Under the pieces are notes generated by a model, which did not search any database, was not told the origin of the DNA, and was given only the letters and a program-made list of their open reading frames with translations. Both the position numbers and the translations under genes were made by a program. Positions 1 to 12,420 of a stretch of DNA of 64,000 nucleotides are shown one piece after another. The DNA lies in NCBI RefSeq assembly GCF_006345805.1, contig NC_043000.1, positions 45,136,001 through 45,200,000 of the forward strand, given 5' to 3'. Position 1 is the stretch's first letter; each line of letters begins with the position of its first letter. The DNA comes from Octopus sinensis (taxonomy: Eukaryota).

Positions 1-1255
1 CAGCCATTCATCTATCATTAGTTTCCTCATCGACCACCAGATAAGGGATCGGGGTCCGTGTCGAAGGCTTTCTCCATGTCAACGAAAGCCAGGTACAGGG
101 GCTTATCTTTGGCTAGGTATTTCTCCTGCAGCTGTCTCACCAGAAATATGGCATCAGTGGTGCTTTTCCCTGGCACGAAACCAAACTGCATCTCATCCAG
201 GTTGACTCTCTCTCTAATTAGTTGGGCTATGACCCTCTCCGTAACCTTCATTACCTGATCGAACAGCTTGATACCTCTGTTATAATTTGTATCTAGGGCG
301 TCACCTTTACCTTTGTAGCAGTTGACTATTATGCTGCTACACCAGTTATTGGGTATGACTCCTTCGTGTATCACCTGGTTAACTATACGGGTGACTAGGC
401 TATAGGCGACACTGCCAGATATATTGAGCATCTCTGCAGTAATTCCTGATGGTCCTGGGTCTTTCTCTGTCTTCATGCTTCTAATTGCCTTAACTACCAA
501 AGAACTGTCAACTCAGATAGCTGGTCCCTCTGTTGGGTTGACATTCGGCAGACTCTCTTTATCCCATTCATTTTCTTTATTCAGCAACCTTTCATAGTGG
601 CGTCTCCAAACCTCTCTCTTTGCATCCTCATTTAGCGCAAGCGAACCATCATCCATGCGAACACATTTCTCTCCTACCACATCACGATTCTCTCTCACAC
701 ACTGTCTTGCAACACGAAATACCTCAAGTCTTTGGTCCTCATGGGGCAGAACATAGGCAAATTTTTTCTTATCTGCTTCCCCTCTGGCTAAATAATCCTG
801 TCTCTTAGCTTCCCTTCTGGCAGTCTGATACAGTTCCCTGCTACCTCCGTTCTTCCAGTGCTTCCAAGCCTGTTTCTTTTGTCTAATAGCCCTGTCAACT
901 ACATTGTTCCACCACCACGTTACCTTGGATCGAGATGGGACTTTGCACCAGCCACAGACCTGGTCAGTGGCTCTCAGCAGGTTGTCCCGTAGAAACCTCC
1001 AGTTGTCTTCCACATTATGTGATGCTATATCACCTTCTATTTCATCAAAGGCTTTGAGTAATACGTTTCTAAATCTCTGCCCATTTGCAGGATCTTTAAG
1101 CTTCCAGACCCTTATCCTCCAGGCTGGTCTTCTTCTGGGCATCCATGCAGCCTTGATCCTGAAGTCGCTAACTACTAATCTATGTTGAGGGATACATTCT
1201 TCGCCTGGGAAGGTTTTGGCATTTATAAGCAGCCCTCTTTCCCTTTTTCTGGTGA
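1..1255 (-). mobile_element. RTE-clade LINE fragment (end of APE endonuclease, linker, N-terminal RT), frameshifted
   Basis: Minus ORFs 513..1340 (QHRLVVSDF, R-IRVWKLKD, WWWN) and 27..500 (PGPSGITAEML, YKGKGD, GIKL, QFGFVPGKSTTDAIFLVRQLQEKY, AFVDMEKAFD) carry typical RTE motifs. Confidence 0.9.
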
Positions 1256-1282
1256 GGATATAGTCAATATATATGCATATAT

Positions 1283-1763
1283 ATACACTTCCTGGACTAG
1301 TTCTGTAGTGCAACATATTGAAACGTTTGAGGAAGGACATTCAGTGAAAACAACTGGATCTGTGGAGCACGAGGAATTGGATTCTTCTCAACAACGCACC
1401 CTGTCACCAAGCCCTCTTCCCTTGTATGTTCCTCACATAAAAACAACATGGTATCACTTCCACACCCACCCTACGTGCCAGATGTAGCACCTGCAGGCTT
1501 CCATTTCTTCCCCAAGATAAAAATGCAGCTTAAAGATCGCTGTTTTAATGCCATTGTCAAGATCAAGAGTGAATCACAGAAGATTCTTGGCTTGCTCATG
1601 GGCAATAACTTCCAGGCTGGATTCCAAAAGTGGCAGGAACACTGGAACCAGTGTATTGCTGCACAAGGTGACTATTGTGAAGAAAATTATGTTAAAACAT
1701 AGGTAAATAATTTATCTTTTATTAAACATAACTAGTCCGGGTACCTTTTAATACCAACTTGTA
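1283..1763 (+). mobile_element. Internally deleted mariner element (C-terminal transposase remnant with TIR remnants)
   Basis: HPPYVPDVAPAGFHFFPKIKMQLK matches mariner HPPYSPDLAPSDF. CCTGGACTAG near 1292 and CTAGTCCGGG near 1733 are inverted TIR remnants. Ends in TA at 1762-1763. Confidence 0.8.
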
Positions 1764-2016
1764 GTTATTCTACCCACTAAAGTTTTCACCAGTGTGATGA
1801 TGGGTGTGCAATGATTATATTACTGAGAGCCCATATGCATACATATGAAAAAGTGATAGATATAAATCCCTCCTTGAGACAGAAACAAGAAACAAACCCC
1901 AAAATAGGACTTCTGCTATATGCCTATCATTGTCTAAGCAGCTGCATTAGTGATAAAGCTATAGAAAATTTGGTATTTCTCAATTTGGATACTATAATTT
2001 GTTTCTGCTCTATTAC

Positions 2017-2052
2017 CTGTTCTATGTTATCTTCAAAATAATATGTCTGTTT
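2017..2052 (-). CDS. Candidate 36-nt internal exon (KQTYYFEDNIEQ), phase 0-0
   Basis: Acceptor cagttttgctag, donor CAG|GTAATA, open frame, phase-compatible with 2385-2453. No homology recognised. Confidence 0.3.
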
Positions 2053-2384
2053 CTAGCAAAACTGACATTTCTACTTATGTCCAGTATTGTAAATTAAATT
2101 CAATATTTACAGGAAGAAAAGTCTTTAAGCAGATGCATACAACATTACATTAAAATCTTTATTTGAAGTGTTATAGTGGCAATTGACCTTGATTCATAAT
2201 AAATCTTAACATACTCCATGAGAAACTTTAGTGGATAGAATATGTACATAAGAAAATTTTGATGTTTTAAAGTAAGACTACACACTCCTTAACAAGAATC
2301 CTCAGAAGACATCAATTATTTATTTTGATAAATTTATAAAAGTGAGATGGTATATGAAGTACCTTAATTTCTCAGAGACCTTAC

Positions 2385-2453
2385 TTTCATAAGTGCATTG
2401 ATATTCATAAATGCTAGACTCAAACCTTGATTAATGTCAGCTTTTCTATATTC
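2385..2453 (-). CDS. Candidate 69-nt internal exon (EYRKADINQGLSLAFMNINALMK), phase 0-0
   Basis: Acceptor gtgtgcag, donor AAA|GTAAGG, open frame. No homology recognised. Confidence 0.28.
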
Positions 2454-2834
2454 CTGCACACTAATCTCATAGATAATACATAGACGATAGTGCTAAGTAT
2501 ACGATTTCAGATATGTTGCATCTCACTGTATGGTTCCCTCTTCTATTTCAATAGCTATAGTATTTTTAAAAACTTTAATTCTATATGCAAATCCATGGAT
2601 AATGTATGAGTTCAATGTTACAAGATATGGCAAATAATATAACTGAGAATAAAATTAATGATTACATCTAGCTTCTGATCTTTTAAGTTCTTAGGTAAAA
2701 ATTAAACTAGGATATTTCAACTCAGCATTTCACCACTAAGAAAAAATTAATAAAATAAATATCAGTTTTCCTCTGGTGAGAGCTAATTAATTATGACTAT
2801 CCCATAACTAAACACGTTTCTATCCTTGGTCCCA

Positions 2835-3106
2835 GTAAATTAACAAAATCGAATCCGTTTCTGAAGTGGGTAGCAAAATTAATAATGGAAATAGAATATG
2901 AATAAGCAAATGAATTAATTGCTGTCTGTTATTTGTATCAAACATGGAAGACTCATGATGATGATGATGATGATCATCATCATCATCATGATTCCTCCAT
3001 GTTTGATACAAATAACAGACAATTGATTCACTTGCCTCTTTATATTCTGTTTCCACTATCAATTTTGCTATGCTCTTCAGAAACCACCTGGATTTTATTA
3101 CTTTAC
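2835..3106. repeat. Loop-less imperfect inverted repeat (~135-bp arms) centred on an (ATG)n/(ATC)n switch
   Basis: Reverse complement of the left arm (tgatacaaataacagac...aattttgcta...ttcagaaac) aligns with the right arm. Centre is GATC at 2972-2975. Confidence 0.9.
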
Positions 3107-3749
3107 TCCAGCGAGAATGCAAGACAAAATTAACCACAAATATACTGAACAAGATGAATGGATTAATTATGGTAAAACTTTTCTTCTGAGGTGCTACCAT
3201 TTTGGCAATATCCTTCAATACTTTCTGGTATAAAAGAAGTGTAATTACTATATTCTGGATTGAAAACATGCAACGTTTTCCTTATGAAAATAGCTATCAC
3301 TACTAAAGAGTTTACCAAGTAATACATTTAAATTAATACTTTTAGATTGTGTATCATTTAGAATCATTGTCTATCTTTGCACAATATTACTTTAATACTT
3401 CAAGGTTGGCTTGAAGTACATTTGCACATTATTACTTTGATACTTCAAGGTTCAAAGTATGAAACAGTCATTAAAGTTAGATCTCAAAGACGTTTTCAGT
3501 AAAATTTAGGGATAAATGGGTGAAGAGGGATTTGTGGAAATTTTTACTTTTAATGACATAATTAGAACTGTATTTCACATGCTTTCATGGACTTGTCAGG
3601 AAAATGCTTATATTCACTTTAAAAATATAGTTTCATATCTTCAGAAAAACATAGGAAGGTAGGAATTCCAGACAAGGGAAGTGGTTTGTACATACCTTGG
3701 ATTATGAGAAATAATAGGGACATGGAGAGAAACAATAGACACGTGTTTT

Positions 3750-4600
3750 GGATGAACTTGTATGGAACCTGTGTGCAACTTACTAATTCAGAGAAGCAGA
3801 GACACTTAAAGACTTCTTTAATTGTCTCTGATAGGCTAGAGATAAAACAGCATAATTAATTTTAGTCAAAAAGGGAGGGACAATTTCAGTATTTTATTTA
3901 AAGTTAATTAAATACAGAATACAGTAAAGGGTAGTAAGTTTGATCGGTAGCAGTATAATGATAACTTTGGACATATTCCAGCTTTATTAGATCTTACGGG
4001 AGCAATGTAGATGTGTATAGCAAAAGCACTGTGGGAATAGTATAGCAGTATGGTTTTTACATGAGCTTAGTAGAAAGTCAGCTACTCATTCTCAAGAGAA
4101 ACATTAAATGTTAAGATGCAGACTTTACTACATTATGTATGGGAAATCACTTGCAAAGATTATCAAAGATTTAAAAGCCAGCATTTAAGTGATTTTCAGC
4201 ATTTTAATTGCATGTTGTCTAAGACCTGAGAGATTACAGTACAAAATTGTTTCTTGATGCAATCAGAGAATGTGATTTCGTATTATTGAAAGATACTAGA
4301 TTGTCAGTGAATGCTTTTAAGATCTCTGTAACTAGAGATAGGTACGTGATGTCTAGGATGCATGTGGAGGACATCTATATGTGGGAGTCAAAAGAATGGT
4401 AATATATACACAGGAATGATCATTGTTAGAAGTGAAAGCAAACAGGTTATTGTAAGCCATTGGGTATGGGAGAAAGCTTTACTGGTGGTAGGAAGATAAT
4501 AAGAATATACCTCGAGGCATATCAGAATGGATATTGTGGGATAGAGAGAGCCATGTCAGTGCTCATTATGACAGAAAGAATCCAGGCTATGCTGTAACAA
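3750..4600 (-). mobile_element. Decayed CR1/Jockey-like LINE RT C-terminal remnant
   Basis: Minus frame LTFY*AHVKTILLYYSH resembles LLTLYKAxVRPxLEYCS of CR1/Jockey RTs. Many stops. Confidence 0.45.
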
Positions 4601-4839
4601 ATAGAAGTATGTATTAGGTGTGTATTTGTCATGTTAACATGTATGCAAACAGGCTATATATGTTTTAAGTTGGAAAGGAAGTCCTATCACATTTTTCATA
4701 CTATCCATTTGAGGATATTTCTACAATGCTAATTGTAAAATAAACATTAATTTTAAAATTTTAGTGTCTTTTCCTTCCTTTGCAGATTATTTTCTACAAT
4801 AGTGGTTAAATTTGTATTGATTTTAATGCTTTAAAATGA

Positions 4840-5875
4840 GCTTAAATTAGATCCATATCAGATACTGCGTATAGAAGTGACAAGAAACACATGTTCTGTC
4901 TATGGAAATGAAGCTTTAAATATCTGGACATACCAACGATGGTTTGGCGAGTTTTGCTCAGAATATCTTTTTCTCACAGTTTCTCCTTGATCTGGATGAT
5001 GAAGTTCTGTCAATATTGAACTTTTGAAAACAATAATTTTGGAAAATCCAAACCAAATTACATGAGGATAGACAAAACAGTACAATTTCAGCTAAACTTT
5101 GATCATAAAACACCCTTCATGACATAGTATAAATGTTTAAACATCGTCTAACTGTTTCTCTGCACAATCAAAGAGTTGTCCTCTGTTCATCACTGAAGAA
5201 TGATCTTGCTACATGGGTAGACTCATCATAAGTGATAAAAAGTGGGTTTTCCACAATCATATCCAATACAAATGACAATGGTCGGCACTTAATAAACAAG
5301 AATAATTCATCCTTAAATGAGGACTACTCCTGTAAAATGTCATGCTCTTTTTGATGGGCTATAAAGGATGCTGTACATCATAAAGTGTTAAACGAAAACG
5401 AAACAATTAATATGGCATTGTCATCAGTTTGAAGCATTGCACAAAAATTTGCCAAAAAAGTACCCTTCATTGGTCAGTCATAAAATGTTGTTGCTCTTAC
5501 ACAATGATGCAGGAATATATATTGCCCAAGGTATTCAGGACAAGATTATGGCACTAAATATGGAAGTGTTGCCACATCCTCCTTACTATCTTCCCTTTGG
5601 TCCATTTGAATGTCATCTTTTCATATCATTGCTAGATTATTTACAAACAAAACTTTTACTTAACTGTGAAGAGATTAAAAATGATATTGAGTATTTCTTT
5701 GCTTCAAAACTTAAAGAATTTATATAAGACTATTAACAATTTCCTAAATAGGTGCGATTGTGCTATCAATAATGAGGGGAAATATTATCGTGATTAAATA
5801 TATCATTTAATACCAAAAAAGCATTTGTTTCTTTTCCATTTTTTTATGCGATGCAACTTTCTTTCCAACCTATTG
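4840..5875 (+). mobile_element. Decayed mariner transposase pseudogene
   Basis: N-terminal VYGNEALN..QRWF, and C-terminal EVLPHPPYYLPFGPFECHLFISL...IEYFFASK (ORF 5437..5727). Confidence 0.85.
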
Positions 5876-6680
5876 GCAGAGTACAAGTGAAATTAGCTGT
5901 GCACTAAAGGTGTCAATGTGTAGAATGCTTCGTCATATTGGTCCACATCTTTGCATTCTTTGTTCAACTCCTGTAGAGGGCAGCTTCACTTTTCCTCAAT
6001 TCAAAATCAATAAAAAAAAGTATCATGGTGTTAAAGTAGCATGGTGATAGATTGGTGGAACTCTAGAAATGCCAGATATGAAACCTTACAGTATTTCGCC
6101 TCCTGAGTTCAAATTTTGCCTCAGCCTACATGATGGTAGACTTAATTTGTTGCATGGTTTAACACCTATTTGGCACCTTGGGTAGCTTTAGCAGAGTGTG
6201 CTTGGTTGCAAGCATCCAGGCCAAGTCTCTAGTTGAAGATACCTTCTTCCTCTCCTCCACTAGTCATGGAGGCTCAATAAAATGTTACAGGCATTGATGT
6301 TCCATCTGATTTTAAGATATTATAAAATTAACATGGTTTACTGAATGATTTCGTAAAAAGATGACATGGTCTTGTACCAATAAAATCATTGCTGGCAAAA
6401 GAAGGCCAAGATAAACAATCATAAAGTAAGTGCTAGCATACCTGATTAATCAAAACATCTTCATTACTTAAATTTATACCATCAGGGATAAGAACAATCA
6501 TTATCTACATGACTAATTCTGGTTAAAAATAGTAACAGAAACAACCTCGATATTCAAATTGATTAAACATGGAATGCAATAAAGTGTAAATTTAATCTTC
6601 AGTAGTTCAATGACAATTACAGAGATGTTTTAGCCATATTCGATCACATCAGTGAAATATAGTCTAACTATAACTTATAG

Positions 6681-6791
6681 ATTTAAAAACTACAAGGAAC
6701 ATGGTAAAGGAATACAGCAAACAGCAAGAAGTATCCAGCCCATACAAGCATGAGAATGCAGATATAAAAACACTAGTGATGATAATGAAAG
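6681..6791 (+). CDS. Candidate 111-nt internal exon (DLKTTRNMVKEYSKQQEVSSPYKHENADIKTLVMIMK), phase 1-1
   Basis: Acceptor aacttatag, donor AAG|GTATAT, 37 open codons in unique sequence. No homology recognised. Confidence 0.25.
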
Positions 6792-8113
6792 GTATATATA
6801 CATATATGTGTGTATATGTGTATGTATGTGAATATTTATATTCCAAGTTTATTGCCATGACACCATTTCAGCAACAATAGTAATGTCGTATTTATACCCC
6901 CTGTAAGTAATATCTTATGGTTCTGCACTTATGACATGCATTTGTTGAATAAAAATATAAAAAAAGAATCTTTAGTCTAAAAATAGATTGAAGTTAGCGA
7001 CAGAACATTTGAAAATAAAATATTGCTTCATTAAATCTTCATCTAGCATATACTAGCATGGAAAAAAAAATCAGACAAAAGTTATCAACTAAATGAATAT
7101 ATACAACTACAACATACATTAACTTAAAATATTAAAAACACTTGGTAAAAGTAGACATTTTCTTCCAATTTCCAAGCATTAAATACTTTACTGCTTCTAC
7201 ATTAAACACTTGTAGTGACAAATGTTCTTTTTCCTGAACAGTATTTCCATTTTATCTAAACACTATGCCTTCAATTTATTTTATATAAATCACGTCTATT
7301 TAAAAATAGTGAACTGTATCACCCTTTTAATAAATGTTCACTCTAGCTGTTACCTAAAATCTAAAATTTGCATTTCAATGCTATTAGTTTTATCCTAACA
7401 GACTATAAGATGTCAAATCTCAATGGCTGTTAGGTTACTTAAGAGTTGGCCTACTACACAGTTACACAGCTACTTGCAGACTGAGACAAGCAAGGGTGTT
7501 AGCTGTTGGATAAAATATACAATTATAAAAAAAATTTGCTTTTAACACTATGCAGATATAGACATTTACAAATAGAACTCTATTGTACACAGACAAGTAT
7601 GTATATATGAATGAGAAAAGTACTTTATAGTTTATGAAAACACACACATATATATATAGATATATATATAATTCATAGTTTATGAATATATATATATATA
7701 TATAATTTATAGTTTAATTTTAGTTACAAAGCTAATTTTATATAAAACTAAAGTCAATTTCTGGTCAGTAATGATAATCAATTTAACTGAAAAGTGTAGA
7801 GAAGTTTTAGATTTTTCTTTTTATAAGTCAATAAACACTAATTTTACCTCATAATAAAGTCCACGTTTAAAGTTTAGAGATCAATAAAAAAAAAATTGCC
7901 TAATTATAACTTTTAAATTTTGACGGAGTTTTATGAAGCATTTGCTGACATATTTATAAACTGTCGTTTTTATAATAACTTCCTGTTTAATTATTAGTGA
8001 GATAGAAAAAATGGAAAAAAGATATGACATTCATAAAGTAAATTTGTGATGTGAATGTATTAATAATTGAAATCTGTTGACATAAAATATCTTCTTGAGA
8101 ATGGGAAGTGTTT

Positions 8114-8282
8114 TCAATTTTTTACATTCTTTCTTGGTTTTGTTTTCTTCTCCAAACTTGAAATATTTTTTAGTGTTTCCCAAAATTCAATGAAAATGTG
8201 TTCCATGATCCTATGTTGTGGATAGCTACATGAAGCTACTGGTAGAATGGTCAATGAGTCAACATTGTTGTTCTCTGTTAAC
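8114..8282 (-). CDS. Candidate terminal exon (RLTENNNVDSLTILPVASCSYPQHRIMEHIFIEFWETLKNISSLEKKTKPRKNVKN*)
   Basis: Strong acceptor tttttgtccatag, 56 codons to stop, inside ORF 8114..8395. No homology recognised. Confidence 0.25.
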
Positions 8283-8454
8283 CTATGGACAAAAACATTT
8301 AAATCATAATGCTTGATTTTACTACACTTTAAAAGGTAGGGACATTGCATAATTTCTGGGCACAAACCCACGAATTGGAGGATGAAGTTAGTCATTTATA
8401 CTAGGTTCCCATTTTGGCAGAAGGTCAGTAGTTTTGAGGAAATGTGTAAGTTGA

Positions 8455-8760
8455 TTACACTGAACTCAGTGCTAAACAGGTACTTATTTTGTTGATCCTG
8501 AAAGAATGAAAGGTAAAGTCAACTTCAGTAGAACTTGAACTCAGAATGTAGAGATAGACGAAATGCCTCTAAACATTTTACCTAGCATGGTAATGATTCT
8601 GCCAGCTCACTGCCTTAAGTTAGTTGATTATATTGATTCCAGTAATTGATTGGTACTCTATTTTATCAGCTCTGGAAGGATAAAGGATAAAGTTAGCCTC
8701 AGCTGGATTAGAATTAAGAATAAAGTGCCAGAACAAATACCCGCCAGACATTTTTGACTG
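8455..8760 (-). mobile_element. Two diverged fragments of tRNA-derived SINE family B
   Basis: Similar to the ...gaaaggatgaaaggcaaagtcgacctcggcggaatttgaactcagaacgtag core seen in better copies. Confidence 0.65.
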
Positions 8761-10613
8761 GCTCTAAAATGTTTGTTAACCTTATGTTCCTGAGTTTTAT
8801 CCCTAATAAGAAATCACTCAATTTCTTTAGTCTGTTCTTCAATTAGATTTTTGGAGCCTTGTTATCCTTAGGAACTACGTGTGAGGAAAATCCTATGTGT
8901 ATGCAAACACCTTACATGACAATTAATGGGACAGTGAACTAATATAATTAGTTATTGCAAGCCTCTGTGAAGTGACTCAACCATTTTGTAATAGTAGTTA
9001 AATTTCAATTCATGCACTAGTATCTTTAAGGGAAAAAAATAGTATATTAGATTATGTATTTTGATGTAAATTATGTATGAAAAGACTGGGCACCTTCACA
9101 GCTAGAATGCATTTAGTCAGGACTAAGTTTTTAGCTGGATAAACAGCAATAACAATGAATGGTATACTTCTTTAAGACTAGCAAATCCCATAGCTTAAAG
9201 AATGACACTTCATCCATCTTTGTAAAGTTTTGCTGAGCTACTTTCTTAGAATCTAAATATAAAAAGAAATCTCTTTTGAGTGTTCATTGAGTCAATCATT
9301 GTTGAAAATGGAGCTCCTTGTCAAACTGCTTAAGTTAAGCTGTGCTAGATTTGGTGAATAATATGTCAGATTGTGGGCAAAATTCTTCACTTGACTTGGT
9401 ATTAGTATACAAAAGCAGTACGCTTAAGTTATGCAGTTCTTCTCACACTGATGGTAAAATATACAGTTTTAGTGTATATTTGTTAGTTGAAATTTATAAT
9501 ATATCTTATATTTTGCAACCATTTTAATAGAAAATGTTTTGCAATTGACATTATATAAGTAAGACAGAATTATTTATTTGCTTTATTACTGAATATGTTT
9601 TGTTATTGATGCTGGTATGTATTATTCGGAAAATAAAACAAGGCACCTATATGTAGATACAGATGCACATATGCGCACACACACACACACACGCACAAAT
9701 ATATATATATATACATAAATATATATGCAATACACACATACACATATACACATGTATATAAACATACAAACACAAACACACACACACACATGTATATACG
9801 TATGAAAATACATACTACACATATATTCATAGACACAGACTCAGATGCAATATATTTACATGTGAAACGGTCATGACTTTACTGCAACCAATTTTCCATT
9901 CCTTTAATTATTTTAATCTGTATTGCCAAAAGCAAGTTCTACTTCCATTTTATAGATGACTGCTTAGTAATAAGAAAAGTATGAAGTTATGTAAAAAAAA
10001 AATTTTAAAAATGACTACTATGGCTTCTGCCTGCACTCTATAAATGTCCAAATTTGAAAAATAATCTATATATCTCTATGCACATAAAAATGGATTTTAA
10101 AAAGTTTTAAAGAAAAGCATAAACACAATAATTTAAACAATTGTGTGTTGGACAAGACATATTTAATTTAATTTAGCTCATTGTTATCATATACAAATGT
10201 TGTTCAAATAACCATATAGTTATGTTTGTATTATACAATCAATGTGTTAGATGCTGGAAATCATTATTTTGATAAGTGGAGAAAGAATGGGATAAAATTT
10301 TGCAGACATTTAAAACTAGGGTCTCTTTCGTCCTCTCTCTCTCTCTCTGCCTCTTTGCCTCTGTCTGTCTTGCACCCATATTTCTTTCTGCTGTTTTGTC
10401 TATGTCTGTCTTTTCCCCCTCTCTTTCTCTCTTTCTCTTATAAAAGCAAACCATACGAATGTTTAAGCTGTATAGTATGAAGCATATAAAGCATAAGACT
10501 AAGACAAAATGCTGAGGTTGAGAAAAGTGAGTGAAGTGTGATCTGCTGGATGTGCAAATTTAGAGTACATGTGAATGGAGAGAATATGTGAGTAATGAAG
10601 AAAGCTGAGGCAC

Positions 10614-11027
10614 AGGAATGGCTGTGTGGTAAGTAGCTCGTTTACCAACCACATGGTTCCGGGTTCAGTCCCACTGCGTGGCACCTTGGACAAGTGTCTT
10701 CTACTATAGCCTCGGGCCGACCAAAGCCTTGTGAGTGGATTTGGTAGACAGAAACTGATAGAAGCCCGTCGTATATATGTATATATATATATGCTTGTGT
10801 GTGTGTTTGTGTGTCTGTGTTTGTCCCCCTAGCATTGCTTGACAACCGATGCTGGTGTGTTTATGTTCCCGTTACTTAATGGTTCGGCAAAAGAGACTGA
10901 TAGAATAAGTACTGGGCTTACAAAAGAATAAGTCCCGGGGTTGAGTTGCTCGAATAAAGGCAGTGCTCCAGCATGGCCGCAGTCAAATGACTGAAACAAG
11001 TAAAAGAGTAAAAGAGAGTAAGAGAGC
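10614..11027 (+). mobile_element. tRNA-derived SINE family A, full length
   Basis: A-box-like GGCTGTGTGGTAAG, B-box-like GGTTCAGTCCC, central ccttggacaagtgtctt domain, internal (TA/TG)n, tail gtaaaagag. Near-identical copies at 17432 and 60373. Confidence 0.9.
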
Positions 11028-11143
11028 AATTACATAAATATTAAGCCCTGTGTTTGTGTGTAGAATCAAGACATTAATACACAGATTGATGCACCAATAA
11101 GCAAAAATCAGTTACATGTTGTTTTTATTAAGTAATGAATGTA

Positions 11144-11351
11144 TATTTCTTTACTGCCCATAAGGGGTTAAACACAGAGTGGACAAACAATTACATCGAC
11201 TCCAGTGCGTAACTGGTACTTAATTTATCGACCCCGAAAGGATGAAAGGCAAAGTCGATCTCGGCAGAATTTGAACTCAGAACGTAGCGGCAAACGAAAT
11301 ACGGCTACACATTTCGCCCGGCGTGCTAACGTTTCTACCTGCTTGCCGCCT
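11144..11351 (-). mobile_element. tRNA-derived SINE family B
   Basis: Reverse complement starts aggcggcaag..agaaacgttagcacgccgggcgaaatg and contains GAGTTCAAATTC (B box). Matches 19553 and 40729. Confidence 0.9.
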
Positions 11352-11419
11352 TCATTAAGTAATGAATGTAGTCCCCATTTCAGACAAACAAGATCAAGGT
11401 AAGTGCAGTAATGTGTATG

Positions 11420-12420
11420 TCAATGTCTTAAGGAAAAACATAGATAAATGAGAGAGTGCACTCCAAAAATATTAACCTCTCTGGATAGATAAGTGAGCAA
11501 AAGATTGGGAAATTAGGACTCAATAAGAATGATGACGAGAGTAGTAATGGTGAACTTGGCTGGTGTGCCAAGTGGTAGTTCTGAAGAAAAGAAGCCAATG
11601 ATGTGAGGATAGAAAAGACAGAGAAGAAACAAATGTGTTATATTATGGATTGTTGCGAGATATCGGTAAGTGAATCTTTACCGATGAAGACATATATCCT
11701 TTTCTGTTGAAGTATAAAACGTTCATTGGTATCTTTTACTTGTTTCAGTCATTAGACTGCAGCGATGCTGGGGCATGACCTTGTTTATAGTAACACCATC
11801 AGTCAAAGCTTATGCATTCAAGTTATATTTGGGTTTTGTATAGAGTCAACAGCTGATGAGAGCAGCAGAATTTGCAATTCTGAAGAGAAAGTCTAGTCTT
11901 TGTGATGCAATTCAATTGTAGCAATGTTGTATAAGAGAGAACATCAGGATTGTGAGGCCAAGCATTATGTTGAGGATTTTAGCTTTGTCTTCTTCATGCA
12001 TTGGAACGGTCGGTTGCATGACACCCATTTTCCTTTATGCATACTGGTCATGTTTTACTGCTGCTAAAGGAGATTTTCATGTTCACACAGGAAGATATTT
12101 TCTGAGATCTGTTTATAGACAGTGTGCAAATCTGATATGAATTAGATGTCTAAGTTAGGTTTGGAAAGTTAGTATGAAGGATGATATCTGTGTAAGTGTG
12201 TAACTAGTCATAACAAACACAGAGATGGGTATCAATGCATAGAAAGGAGTGTATGGGAGATATAATCTAACTTTATTAATGAAGCTAGAGAGAATCTGGT
12301 CAGTGTACACACCAGTGGTGTGGTCTGGCATAAATTACTCCAGACACTTATTTTGCCAAAGTTCTCTGATGCAAGACATGACTAATGCATATCATTAGAG
12401 AATTGATCTCTTCTAGATCT
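11420..12420 (-). mobile_element. Decayed CR1/Jockey-like LINE remnant
   Basis: Minus frame SHQLLTLYKTQI near 11840, similar to the remnant at 49860-50830. Confidence 0.5.

Noticed and set aside
513-1340. 275-aa ORF as an intact gene
   Set aside because: It is an RTE fragment. Its first ~28 codons come from the adjacent mariner end and (TA)n read antisense.
2820-3269. 149-aa ORF as a His/Asp-rich metal-binding protein
   Set aside because: The DDDDDHHHHHH run is the palindrome centre, and the C-terminal third is the antisense of the other arm. The ORF length is compatible with chance.
6848-6902. YCHDTISATIVMSYL as a dual-specificity phosphatase signature
   Set aside because: The HCxxGxxRS loop is three residues short, with no Gly or Arg, and it would need a ~56-nt intron. 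Likely coincidence.
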